Source of the DNA: the human T2T-CHM13v2.0 reference genome, Homo sapiens
Reading direction: 5' to 3' (one strand)
Length of the DNA stretch: 64,000 nt
Assembly: GCF_009914755.1 (NCBI RefSeq)
Contig: NC_060931.1
Under the pieces are notes generated by a model that was not told the origin of the DNA, ran no database searches, and saw only the letters and a list, made by a program, of their open reading frames with translations. The translations under genes and the position numbers were made by a program. Below are positions 46,047 through 59,994 of the stretch, piece after piece. Each line of letters starts with the position of its first letter. Position 1 is the first letter of the stretch.

Positions 46047-47739
46047 CCTTTCAAAATGTACAAAATTTAACTCAAGATAGATGAAAGATGTAAATATAAT
46101 ATGAATATCTCCAACTATAAAAATCCTAGAAGAAAACCTAGGCAATACCATTCTGGACATTGGTCTTGCAAGTAATTCATGACTAAGTCTTCAATAGCAA
46201 TTGCAACAAAAACAAAAATTGACAAGTGGGACTTAATTAAATTGAAGAGCTTCTGCACATCAAAAAAGACTGTCAATAGAATAAGCTGACATGTACAGAA
46301 TGGGAGAAAATATTTGCAAACTATGCATTCATCAAGGGTCTATTATTCAGAATTTATAGGTAACTTAAGCAACTTAACAAGCAAAAGACGAATAACCTCA
46401 TGAAAAGCTGGCAAAAGTCATGAACAGACACTTCTCAGAAGAAGACATACATGTAGACAACAAATATGAAAAAATGCCCAATATCCCTAATCATTAGAGA
46501 AATTCAGATCAAAACCACAATGAGATATCAACCTCCAAATGTCAGAGTGGCTATTAGTAAAAAGTCAAATAATAACAGATGCTGGTTAGGCTGTGGAGAA
46601 AGGGGAACACTCATACACTGTTGGTAAATTAGTTCAGCTGCTGTGGAAAGCAGTTTGTAGATTTCTCAAGCAACTTAAAATGGAACTACCATTCAATGCA
46701 ACAATCCCATTTCTAGGTATATATCCAAAAGGAAAACAAATCATTCAGCTAAAAAGACACATGTACTCACATGTCCATTACAGCACTAATTCACAATAGC
46801 AAAAACATGGAATCAACCCAGGTGCCCATCAGTGGTGGAGTGGATAAAGAAAATGTGGTGCTTGTGCACAATGGAACACTACACAGTCATAAAAAATGTA
46901 TAAAACTCTTTCCTTTGTTGCAATATGGCTGCAGCTGGAGGCCTTTACCATAAACAAATGAGGAACAGAAAACCAAATATTGCATGCTTTTATTCACAAG
47001 TGAGAGCTGATCAATGGGTAGACTTGGATGTCAAGATAGAACAATAGACACAGGGGATTGCTAGAGAGGGGAGAGGAGGAGAAGGTTAATAGCTGAAAAA
47101 CTACCTATTGGGTACTCCACTCCCTGGATGACGGTATCATTAGTATCATTTGTATCCCAAACCTCAGTATCACACAATATACCCTTGTAACAAATCTGGA
47201 CATGTGCACCCTGAATGTAAAGTAAAATGTGAAATTATTTTTTTAAAAATGATAATGTTATCACTTTTTACAGCACATTGTAATATTATCAATAAAGGTG
47301 CTTTTATTTATATTACATGACTTTCATAATATTCATATGAGATGCACAAAGAAGACATTCTTATTCCAATTTTTCTGATGTAGATACTAAAGTTTAAAGA
47401 TTTCAAGTAATGTTCAGGTTTATAGTTAAGAGGTCAACTAGCACTCAGATATTTCATAACTTCAGGTTGCCTAAGCACAGTAGGTGTTGAGCATCTTAAT
47501 AATTATCTACCAAATTCTTGCATTTTGAAACCATATAAGAGAGTTTTTATTTGTTAAGAACTAGTCATTGTCCATACAGAAAATACCCTAAATTCCACCA
47601 CATTAGATTATCTTTATGGTCTATTTCCTTTCAGTTTTTTTTCTATACAAATGCAAATTGAATAAAACTGGGATCATACAATGTAATTAGATTTTTATCC
47701 TACCTTTTAATATACTGTTGTGTTTTTCCAGGGGCTGCA

Positions 47740-47930
47740 ATATATATATATATTATATATATATCTATATTATATATATAATATATATATTTTATATATA
47801 TAATGTGTATGTAATATATGTATAAATAATGTAAATAATATGGTGTTAATATTGATATTAATATGTGTATATATGTTAATATTGATATTAATATGTGTAT
47901 ATATACATATATAAATATAAATATAATAAA
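47740..47930. repeat. TA-rich array containing a 30-bp tandem duplication (47844-47903)
   Basis: Directly visible; abuts the Tigger left TIR. Confidence 0.9.
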
Positions 47931-48346
47931 CAGTTGACCCTTGAACAATGTGGGGGCTAGAGGTGCCACAGCTGAAAATGCACATATAACTTTTGACTCC
48001 TCAAAAACTTAACTGATAATTGCCTACTGTTTACCAGAAGACTTACCAATAGTATAAACAGTCAATCAATGCATATTTTACACGTTATATATATCATATG
48101 CTGTATTCTTACAATAATGTAAACTAAAGGAAAGAAGATATTATTAAGAAAATTATAAGGAAGATAAAATATATTTATATTCATTAAGTAGAAGTGGGTC
48201 ATCCTCCTTGTCTTAAAGTTGAATAGGTTGAGGAGGGAGAGGAAGAGAAGGGATTGATTTTGCTGTCTTGGAGGTGGCAGAGGCAGAAGGAAATCCACGT
48301 ATAAGTGGATCCATGCAGTTTGAACGTGTTATTCAAGGGCCAACTG
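47931..48346. mobile_element. Tigger2a/MER28-like TcMar MITE
   Basis: TIRs cagttgacccttgaacaa and ttattcaagggccaactg, followed by TA. Confidence 0.88.
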
Positions 48347-48565
48347 TATGTGGTAAATATTATGAACATTATAAAACTGTATATAGTTTTAGTATTATGT
48401 TTCTATTATAGTTTATTTAACCATTTCCCTATCAATGTTTTCATTTTTTGTACTATAGGAAGAAATACAGCTGTTATTTAAATACTGTATACCATAATTT
48501 TTACTTCCTTTCCAATTGTTTTCTCAGACAAGATTCCTAAAAGTTAAAAGAGCGGGTAGGAGAGT

Positions 48566-49103
48566 ATGGTGGACATTTATTATTTTTATGTGCACAGCAT
48601 GCATTTTCCTTCTTCTGGAAACAGCACCTGAATTTTCGTTTGTGATCCATCTCCATCTACTGTCCATCACTTTGATTCAGGCAGTATGATTCTCATACCC
48701 TGCTCTTTGCTGAGGAGTTGAACTCATTCTCTGACTATAGTGATTGTTTCAGAGAGACACACGTGACCAAAGTTTTGCCAATAAGATATAATGAGGTATT
48801 ATCTTGTGATTTTACAGAAAATCATTGAGAAGTTGAAGTCCACTTTTCAGTCAGCTTATTAAACTGGTAGAATGTAAGCCTAAAGTTTAGCTTGCCATCT
48901 TTCATCTTGAAGGAGAGCCATCTGCCTGTTGAAAACAGAAGTGACATGAAGAGAAAGAGCCATAATCACATATTGGAGCAGTGGTATCCAACACAAGCAC
49001 TGCTGGAATTTTTCCCTATGAGTGAGCCAACCCATCGCTTTTCTCATTAGAGCATTTTGAGTTGGGTTTTTGCACTTGGAAGCAGGGGAGCTGTTTTAGT
49101 GCA
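48566..49103 (+). mobile_element. LTR16-like (ERVL) LTR within an L1ME relic
   Basis: 'ttccttcttctggaaacagcacc...agtgattgtttcagagagacacacgtgaccaa...ttttgagttgggtttttgcacttg'. Confidence 0.6.
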
Positions 49104-49634
49104 TTGACTCAAAAGGGTATTAATATGTTTGAAGATCTTTACACATGTTTTAACATTAATTTCCAGACAGCACTACCAGCCATGTAGTACTTAAATCTGC
49201 GCACCAATATTGACACAAGTAATATGTATTTTTATATGTGAAAATATTCCTTTACATTTATGGAATTCTTTTCACATGCTTAGGAACCTTTTATATTTCT
49301 TCTGTGATTTGTCTGTTCATGACCTTTGTCTGCTTTGAATTCGAAGGATGCTAGTATATTTCTTCATTTTTTAGAGATCTTTTTCCCTTAAACATGCAAA
49401 TAAGTCTTATATGTATTTGTGTCATATTTGGTGCAGAAATATTTCCTGTTTGTCATTTGTTTATTTACTGGAGTAATGCTTCATGTGTGATATATTAAAT
49501 AGGTCGTTTCTTTTTTATTGTCACACAGTTTTTACTATCAGGATGTTCTTTATGTTCCCAAAATGAACTAAAATATTTGCCAATATTTTTATAGTCACAT
49601 TATGCTTCATTTTAAAATGTAACCTCTACTGCTT

Positions 49635-50160
49635 TTGGAATTTACAATTTCATTTTGGAATATTCTGCTTGCAAGTCACAGGAATTCTGGAGCTGTCAAA
49701 GGTGGGGGTATTCTTATGAAAAGGACAAAGAGTTTCACAGAACCCATGTTCTGGATGCAGCCACAGCTCAGGGAGATATAGGGAAACAGGGCAGGCATGC
49801 CATTCACTGGTACTCCGTGTCTCTGTATCTTTTTCTTTGGCTTGTGTTCTCAGTGTACTTCCTCAACCATCTCGCTTGTTTTCTCTACTTCCCTGTCCCA
49901 GTAGGTACCATCCAATCATCCAAAACAAGATTAAATCTGGCTTTCGCTCCCAATCCAAATTCTTAGCAAAGTGACTCTGTTTTTCTAATTTGGATACGGT
50001 GCTAAATATCACTCTGAAACAAGGTCACGTTGGATAAATCCTGGCTGCTAGGAGCCCATTCTCTGAGGATCATATTCCATATCCCAATGAATCAGGGAAG
50101 GATAGTTACCAGAGGAGGAAAAATCTTTTGAGCTGGGGAGATGATCAATAGGTGAGTGGT
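49635..50160 (-). mobile_element. Old ERVL LTR (LTR33-like)
   Basis: 'ttgcaagtcacagg' start and 'gggaaggatagttaccagagg...agctgggg' end resemble antisense LTR33-type LTRs. Confidence 0.4.
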
Positions 50161-50699
50161 CATTAGAGATGCAGACCTAACCTGATTATTTTTCAAATAG
50201 CTTTCCTCACAAAAAGTATTGGTGCTCTATCATTTCTTTACTAATTTATAATATTTGCTTTGTCTTATGTTAAACTCATAAGTGTGTATATTGCTCCACT
50301 AAGATTTCCTAATACATTAGTCACTTTGTCAGTTATTAGAACAATTTTTATTACCATTATTATAGTAAGATAAATTTATATTTATTATTCTTCTCTTCAA
50401 ATTTGTTATCTATCCTTTCATTTATTCTTCCAGGAAAATTTTGTTAAATATGGGAATGAAATATTTTTATAATTACTATTATAATTTATTTAGAAAATAA
50501 AGTACTTTACTTATTTATCTTATAGTTGACCACTTTTCTAGTCTAGGATAATTCAAATAAATTTGTAGTTCTCTTAAATTTTGGGTACATAAATCATATA
50601 ATTGTCAATAATGATAGTCATTTAATCCATTCATTTCTCATCATACCTTTTATTTCCATTTGACATCTTATAGAATTGGTCAGAATGTCCAACACACAA

Positions 50700-50920
50700 T
50701 GAATGTGCTGGTACCTGATACCTACTGACACCATGTGTCAGATGCTGTCAGAAATTAATGGAAATTATCTTATTTAATGTGCTGTTTTTATTTTTCTTGT
50801 TTTGCTGACAAAGAAACTGAGGCTTAGAGAAGTCCAATTACTTGATCAAAGTTGCACATCTTGCACATGGTGGAGCCAGCATGTAAACATGGGCCAGTCT
50901 GACACCAGTAACAGTATTCA
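50700..50920 (-). mobile_element. MIR
   Basis: 'gacaaagaaactgaggcttagagaagtccaattacttgatcaaagttgcac'. Confidence 0.8.
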
Positions 50921-50963
50921 TAACGATTATCTACAATATAATATATTTTAAAAAATGGAAAAT

Positions 50964-51281
<318 letters not shown>

Positions 51282-52010
51282 GGAAAACAAAGTTATCTTT
51301 ATTTGCAGAGATACGGTTATACACTTAGAAACCTCAATAATTTTACAACAAATTATTAAATGTTTTCGCAGTTCTAAAAAGGTCACTGGTAAAGCTTTCT
51401 GTCTTTGAAAGCTTTGTGAAAATAATTAGTTGATTTTATTTGCAATCTTCTCTATGGTTAAGTGTTCTATTCAAGTTATTTGTTTTTCCTTGGGCTAATG
51501 TTGATAACTGCTGTTTCCCCCTAGAAAATTGTCAATACAATCAAGAATCTCATAATTACATTGAACAAACCTTCTGAATTTTAATTTCAAGAAAGTGTTA
51601 TAATATTCTGGATAGATCTACTCTTAGAATGATGTGTTTGGGTGACAGATGGAATCTCAAAAATGCTCTTAAAATAAGAGAAAAGAAAAATAGTACGCAA
51701 TTGTTCAATCATATGCCAAAAAGGATTTTCCTTTTTATTCTTTGTTTAAGAAGGCTAATGTATGTAAAAATCGTTCAAAGAATGTAAACCGTTACCTTTT
51801 TGGCATTTGTTCATGTTTTTACTTTACAAAATATTAAAACGTGATTTTTGAAAAATGAACAACCCCTATACTAATTGAGGCAGATTTATGTTGGCATATT
51901 ATCTTCCAAATAAGTTAACGTAGTAACTGTGAAATTAATAGGCTCTATAAACATATGTGTATCTAATTTTAGGATGATGGGGAATGGAAAGATTAAGAGG
52001 GAACAGGAAA

Positions 52011-52331
<321 letters not shown>

Positions 52332-53166
52332 CTAGTTTAGTAGATCTTGTGTGAAACAGACATGGAAGTAAATTTCTAGAGTGGCCTGCTGGCATCCTTC
52401 AGACATGAATCTGGCAAACATGGGCAAGCAGGATAGGCCTAGATCAATCGTATCATCAGTGTGACAGAAACAGAGTAATTACTGACCTTCTCAGTAACAC
52501 AGATGTGAATTTGCAATCAGTTTTGTAGTCACTCTAGATATAGTTATTCTAGATACAACCATGTTGACTTTTGGTTTTTTGATTGAATAGGTTGTGCAGT
52601 TGAGAGTAGCACGCTTGGAGTTAAGTTCAGGTCTTAACTTTAATGCTGGTTTTTTTTTATTATAAACAAATACAATATCTCCTTGAATTTTTTTTGCTTC
52701 ATCTCTAAAGAAGAAATATCTTCTCTGCAGTCAAAGAGAGAGAATACAACATCATTCAAGTATATAATTTTTTAAAAAAGACTTTTTACTGAGGATCAAA
52801 ATAAAAGACCCAGGAATTTTAAATGTCTTTCTCAGGGCTATGTTGGAGACAGAGATCACAACAGAACTCAAGCCATCATCCTCTACTAGTAGATCCACCC
52901 ACAGATTCCACACCCCTAGTAGCATTGCCATGCTTTCAACAAAACCTTCAGTAGCTGTATCAATCTCACCTGGGAGACATGTTAATAATGCTACTAACTT
53001 TGTAAAATAATGCATTTCTGTTTGTTTCACAAACTGTAAATATAGTGACTAAAAAGTCTACTTATAATAGCAATAAATGAAATAATAATACATTTATGCA
53101 AGTATTACTTTTGATGCTGTATGTTAAGAAGACTTGAGGGAAATATAGAATAGATAAATAAACATG

Positions 53167-53290
53167 TGTGATAGTTTGTATTTTCCAAAGACAGCCACAA
53201 TGATATCTCCCATCCTGTATTTCCGTTACATTGTTACTTTGAGAAGTGAGTTTATGTTCTTTCATCTTGAACCTGGGTAGACTTGTAAAA
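53167..53290 (+). mobile_element. MLT1H-like LTR 5' fragment
   Basis: 'tgtgatagtttgtattttccaaagacagccacaatgatatctcccatcc'. Confidence 0.6.
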
Positions 53291-54194
53291 TTATTTTTAA
53301 ACTTTAAGGAAAGTTTTCTGTGAAACTCATCTGTTTCCAAAAAACTTATCCCATCATTCCCAGTAAATAAAAAGTCTGAAAATATCACCATAGCTTATAA
53401 AGCCCTCAAGAAAAGCAGCAACATAAAACTGAAAAATATAAGGAAGCGCCTCAGATGCCTAATGATTCTATAAATAAAAGAGCTAAAGTCATTTATAAAA
53501 GCTATTACAATAAATGTCAGTAAAACACACTCTATGCTACATTACATCATTTCTGAGAAAACATTAACCATGAACTTACCTGAATATGCAAAATTAAAAT
53601 ACTAACTCTGAATGGTGTTGATGGATCATAGGTTAAGCACTGGAGGGATTCATGTAGGCAAAGATACTTTATTTTCACATGGGCTACTCCTGACTTTATG
53701 AAACAGCCTCCAATTTTTTACATTTCTAAAACATACCAGGGTCTGTGCCACCTGTTGCTTTATAGGATACTTATACAGGCTGGCTTTTTCCTGAATCACA
53801 TTTCCATTTAGAATTATGTGTGGCCTATGTATAACGTCACACCACAAGTTTTCTTTTAAAGTTTTATCTCATTTAATGATCACTTTTGTACTGAAGGAAG
53901 TATTTGCCAAGGTAGTTTTCTTAGTTGGATTTTTGGTTTTTCTTCATAATGCATGGTGAAATCATTAATACAACCATCACATTTGATTTGTATGCTCTAA
54001 TTTGTCTACATGTTTATTTTCTGCCTCAGGAATCATTGCTTTCTTAGACCGCTCTATTTTCTTTTCACTTTTATCAACAAGACTTGCTCTTGGCATTCTT
54101 TGGTATTTGCAACAGAGACAATGCTTTATTCATTGACAAGATTTATTAAAAATCTCAAGGGAAAAAGATAAAACTTTGAAATCAGTGCACTGAA

Positions 54195-54197
<3 letters not shown>

Positions 54198-54259
<62 letters not shown>
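54198..54259. repeat. Compound (TA)n(CA)n microsatellite
   Basis: Uninterrupted TA run of about 20 units followed by about 10 CA units. Confidence 0.97.
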
Positions 54260-55854
54260 TGTGGGTGAGCATTGAAGCTCACTCTACCACCTCAGCCTCT
54301 AAGCCCACAAAATTTAAATATTTTGCTCAGAAAAAATATATTGTAGTTTCAGAGACTTTTAGGAATGGTTAAAGTTTTCTTTTGAGTTTAAATTGGAAAT
54401 ATCAATTGTTGCTCAAATGCAATGGACCTACTATAATTTTAGTCAAGGCTCATACATCAAGGGATTTGACAATCACTGGGACTGGCAAGTAACTCTCTTG
54501 GAGCCATTGTCAATAGTCAATATCTAAGTTCTGTCCTAATTGAGAAGTTGTTTCTCTTTGCTGTCATTTTAAGAGGAAGAAAATGTTTGTGCCCTCTAAT
54601 TTAATTCAAAACCTTGGAAGACACACTCTGACCACTTTCAAAAATCTGGTTTTGGAAGTAAAAAATGAAAGAATGTTAAATTTCACACTGTGCTAATTAT
54701 AGGTGCAACTTTGTAATTTCTCCTCTTAGATTTGACAAATGTTACCTAGTGCTTTCATAATGACATAATAGTTCTTTGTAGTACACAATCAAAATGTTAT
54801 TACTGCATATTACCCAACCACTGAACATGTCATTCTTTGCCAGCGAATCTTTTCTTAGTACATGTGTTTCAAAAGCACTTACCCTGTACATGAAAGATTA
54901 AGGCTTAGCTGAGCTAGATTGAGCTATGGGGATTTAAAACCCAAAGAACAATCATTGTGAGTCTACCTCCAGTCACTTTTTTTTTCAATTTTTTAGATGA
55001 CTCGGTGGATTTATTTCAATTTTCTGAACAAAGAAAAGCTTCTATGCTTGCTTAAAAAAATAAAATGAAAATAAACAAAATGTGACGAAATAAGCATTCC
55101 CTTTTGAATACGATACCAAGAGTAACTTTCATTTTATATTCTGTTGCAAAAAACTAAAAATTCTATTGTTGTCTCTGAAGCTGCATTGGAGATTGACAGA
55201 GAAGTCCCAGAGAGATGAATAGTTTTATTTGTAAATAAAATTGTCTTCACAAAAACAGCTCCTTTAAGCTGTGAATTGTTTTTCATAGCATATAACCTCT
55301 CTTACTCTTAAACTGTGAGATGAATAGAAAATTATTTTAACCCTTATCTATAAATAACCAAGAACAGAGAGACCCAACATAGGCAGAGATGTTGCATTTG
55401 CCCTTCAAGTCCTGCCATAAATAAAATAACAAACATAAAAGCTTTGAAGAGTGCTCATGCTGAGTAGGCATGGAATTTCAAAAATGCAATCCTACATGGG
55501 GGAATTCTTTTTAAAAAGTGTCATAATTTCTAATTCTGCTTACATTTTAGGAAGATAAAATTATTGAAAATATCTTTAGAACTTTAAAATCTCAATTTCC
55601 ACTAGAAAAGGAAAATAGAGTTGAATTTAAGAACACTTTTTGCTCTAAAAATCCCACTGTTATGTAGCAATTTGATTACATATTAAGACGTATGATTAAA
55701 ATATACAATGAAAACAAAGTTTCAAATACACTTATTTTCCTGGAAGACTTTATTTGAAATTTTACTGTGCATTGACAAGATCTTTAAATAGAAATAAAAT
55801 AATTAAATTTTAAGATATTTTTTGAACATTCAGTAACACACTCACAAATAATAT

Positions 55855-57975
55855 AGACTTTCTTTTTTCTCTATGGTAGAATAATGGGGCCAGATTTATT
55901 CTAAAACATTAAAAACAACTAGAAAACCAGACAAAACATGAAACATCAGTTTTTAGACATTGGCCAAAAAGAAGCATAGAACATTGATCCCTGAGAGAAG
56001 GAAAACAATGGAGATGAGTCCTACAGCTGTCCCAATTCATGGCCTGGAGCATCCAGGAGGAGACATAAGAAAGAGAGAAGTCTGAATGATATTCAAAGAG
56101 CTTGTGAAGCTGAGGAGATAGAAATTGAGGAGGCCAAGGCACCTAGGATTTTTAGAACAAAATGCTAGATATGAGGGAACAGCACCGATACAGGGTTCCA
56201 AATATTTGCAGGGATCCTTTTGAGGTTCTAGCTCAGTATCGCTGTGCACACACATGTGAGGCAGGGCAATCTCTGTAGCTCACACAGGGCCAGTAATAAT
56301 CCATATTGCCCTGAGGAAAAGTGCAACTATCTAGTATACAAGACTTTGGGTAGAATCTGTTGAAGAGTATTGTCTTAGTGGTGAAACAAAATTATCTTCA
56401 ATTAGAAGAATTTCTGGATCTGAGCTTAAAAAATGATTAAAAGGAAGCTTCAAAGGTTAAAATTGATCTATTTAAGTTATCTGCATCTTTGTGCAAATAA
56501 ACTGAGAAATAGAATTCATGAGAACTAAAAAAAATTGTAAATAGAAGTAGACCAAGAAATGAGCTCAATTACATTATTAGCAAATAAGGATGTAAGAACT
56601 GTTTTTATAAATGCACTCCATATGTTCAAGAAGATAAAGAAAAAATGAACATTATTGGCATAGAAAAGAGATATAGAAAGACCCAAGTGAATTTCTAGAG
56701 ATAAAAAGTATAATATTTGAAATGAGAAATACACTGTATTTGATTAATAACAGATTAAACATTGCAGAAAAGTTCATTGAAATTGAAGGAACAGCAATGA
56801 ATACTATCCACAATGAACGTAAAAAAGAAGCCTAAAAAAGTTAAAAATTTGCTTGTGCGACCATACTAAGTGTTCTAACACGTGTAATAAGAACCCTGAT
56901 AAAAATGTGGAGGAACAGAAATGATAATGGAAGAATTAATGACCATAATTTTTTCAAATTTGTTGACAACTGTATAAGCATAGATCCACAAAGCTCAATA
57001 AACACCAAGAAGTAAAAATGTGAAGAAAACGACACCAAGCCATATGATAGTAAAATAGCAAAAAACAGCGATAAAGAGAAAAACTTAGATAGGTAGAGAT
57101 AAAAGGGTATTACATACAAAAAATAAATTTAAAAATAACAGCAGATTTGTCATCATGAATTAGGGAAGTAAGAAGACAGTGGAGAAACATGTTTAAAGTA
57201 ATGAAGGTAAAACAAAAGTGCAATTTTCACCCTAGAATTGTATATGCAGCAAAACTGTCTCCCTAAAAATAAAAAAAAATAAGGACTTTTTCAGATAAAC
57301 ACACACAAAACTCATCAGCAAACCTATACTATAAAAAGTTGTAATATGCTAAATATTAAATTCAGGTAAAATATGACAATGGATGAAAATTCGTAACTTC
57401 ACAAGGGACTGAAGAACACCGGAAATAATAAATATTCATTAAATATAAAATTTAAGTATAAAATACAAAATATTTCTCCTACTTTTAAAAAACTATAAAT
57501 AAAACTGATGACTTAAAGCATAACTAATAAGAATGTATTTTGAAAATTATAAAATATGTAGCAGTGAAATACATGACAAAAATAGCATGAAGGATGGGAG
57601 GAAGTAAAAAGTATGTTCTAGAATTCTTTCAATATATGTAAGGTGGTATAATATAATTTAAAGGTAGACTGTGATAAGTTAAATAAGCAACCAATAAGAA
57701 AGCAAATTAAGTGTTTAGGTGATAAGCAGATAATGTTAATGATGTGGAATTCCACATTAAAAAATTTCAGTTAATTGCAAAAAGAACAGAAAAAGAGGGA
57801 AACAAAAGCAACAATTGGGATAAATGGAAAATCAGTTGTAAGATCCTAATCATTTCCAGAACTACACTAAATGCTAATGTTCTAATAACTCCATTTGAAA
57901 GACGAAGACTGCCAAATTGAATAAAAAAGCAAGAAAAGCTGTATGTATTTCTTAGAGAACCACTTTTCAAGATAC
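55855..57975 (+). mobile_element. Ancient L1M (L1ME-type) 5' end, ORF1 and start of ORF2
   Basis: 'aaacaactagaaaaccagacaaaacatg...gatccctgagagaagg' 5' motif; ORF1-like 'ccctagaattgtatatgcagcaaaactgtc'; EN start 'acactaaatgctaatgttctaataactcca'. Confidence 0.75.
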
Positions 57976-58178
57976 TGGTCAAAGTTAGTGGCATTAGCTC
58001 AAATATGTAATTTTATCTTTTGGTATCCTCATTCTCTTACCAATTTAATTAGCTAAACTATTCCTTAATTACTAACTGGCTTATTCTTATTTTTCCTCTC
58101 AAAAGGATGTGAACCCAATGTCTAAATAATATTGAGATACATACTATAAAAATTAATGCTTTTATATTATTCCAGAAG

Positions 58179-59078
<900 letters not shown>

Positions 59079-59099
59079 AACACTCTTTGTTTTTACACA

Positions 59100-59898
59100 G
59101 GTCTCACAGATCCTTGGTCACACTGCAAGAGGTGGGCTCCCATTGTCTCGGGCAGCTCCACCCCTGTGGCTTTGCAGGGTACAGCCCCCCTCCAAGCTGC
59201 TTTCATGGGCTGGCATTGAGTATCTGCAGCTTTTCTAGGTGCATAGTTCAAGCTGTCAGTGGATCTACCATTAAGGTGTCTGGAGAATGGTGGCTCTCTT
59301 TTCACAGCTCCATTAGGAAGTGCGCCCCAGTGGGGACTCTGCTGGGGGGGCTCCAACCCCACATTTCCCTTCCATACTGACCTAACAGAAGTTCTCCATG
59401 AGGCCCCTGCTCCTGCAGAAAACTTCTGCTTGAACAAGCAGGCATTTTCATACATCCTCTGAAATCTAGGTGGAGGTTCTCAAACCTCAATTCTTGACTT
59501 CTATCCACCTGCAGGCTCAACACCACATGGAAGCTGTCAAGGCATGGGGCTTGCACCCTCTGAAGCCATGGCCAGAGCTATACCTTGGCCCCTTTTAGCC
59601 ATTGATGGAGCAGCTGGGATGCAGGGCACCAAGTCCCTAGGCTGCACACAGCAGGAGGGCCCTGGGCCCTTGCCAGTGAACCATTTTTCCTCCTAGGCTT
59701 CCAGGCCTGTGATGGGTGGGGCTGCTGCAAAGGTCTCTGACATGCCCTGGAGACATTTTCCTCATTGTCTTGGCAATTAACATTTGGCTTCTCATTACTT
59801 ATGCAAATTTATGCAGGCAACTTGAATTCCTCCTCAGAAAATGGGTTTTTCTTTTCTACGCATTATCAAGCTGCAAATTTTCTGAACCTTTATGTTCT
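59100..59898 (-). mobile_element. THE1/MST internal fragment without LTRs
   Basis: Clearly homologous to the THE1 internal sequence at ~25395-26056 of this window. Confidence 0.88.
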
Positions 59899-59994
59899 TT
59901 ATGCTGTCAAATTTTGCATTTACTTTTGCTGTTATATAACATTGCATTGTATGAAGTAACCAAATATTTAATATTTTCTTGTATTGACAGACAT

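Larger units (their letters stand above)
43680..47250 (+). mobile_element. 5'-truncated L1PA15/16-like LINE-1 with nested THE1, L1PB tail and internal duplication
   Basis: ORF2 fragments ([13 protein letters not shown]; [11 protein letters not shown]); 3'UTR 'acctcagtatcacacaatatacccttgtaacaaatctg...ctgaatgtaaagtaaaatgtgaaatt'. Confidence 0.88.
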
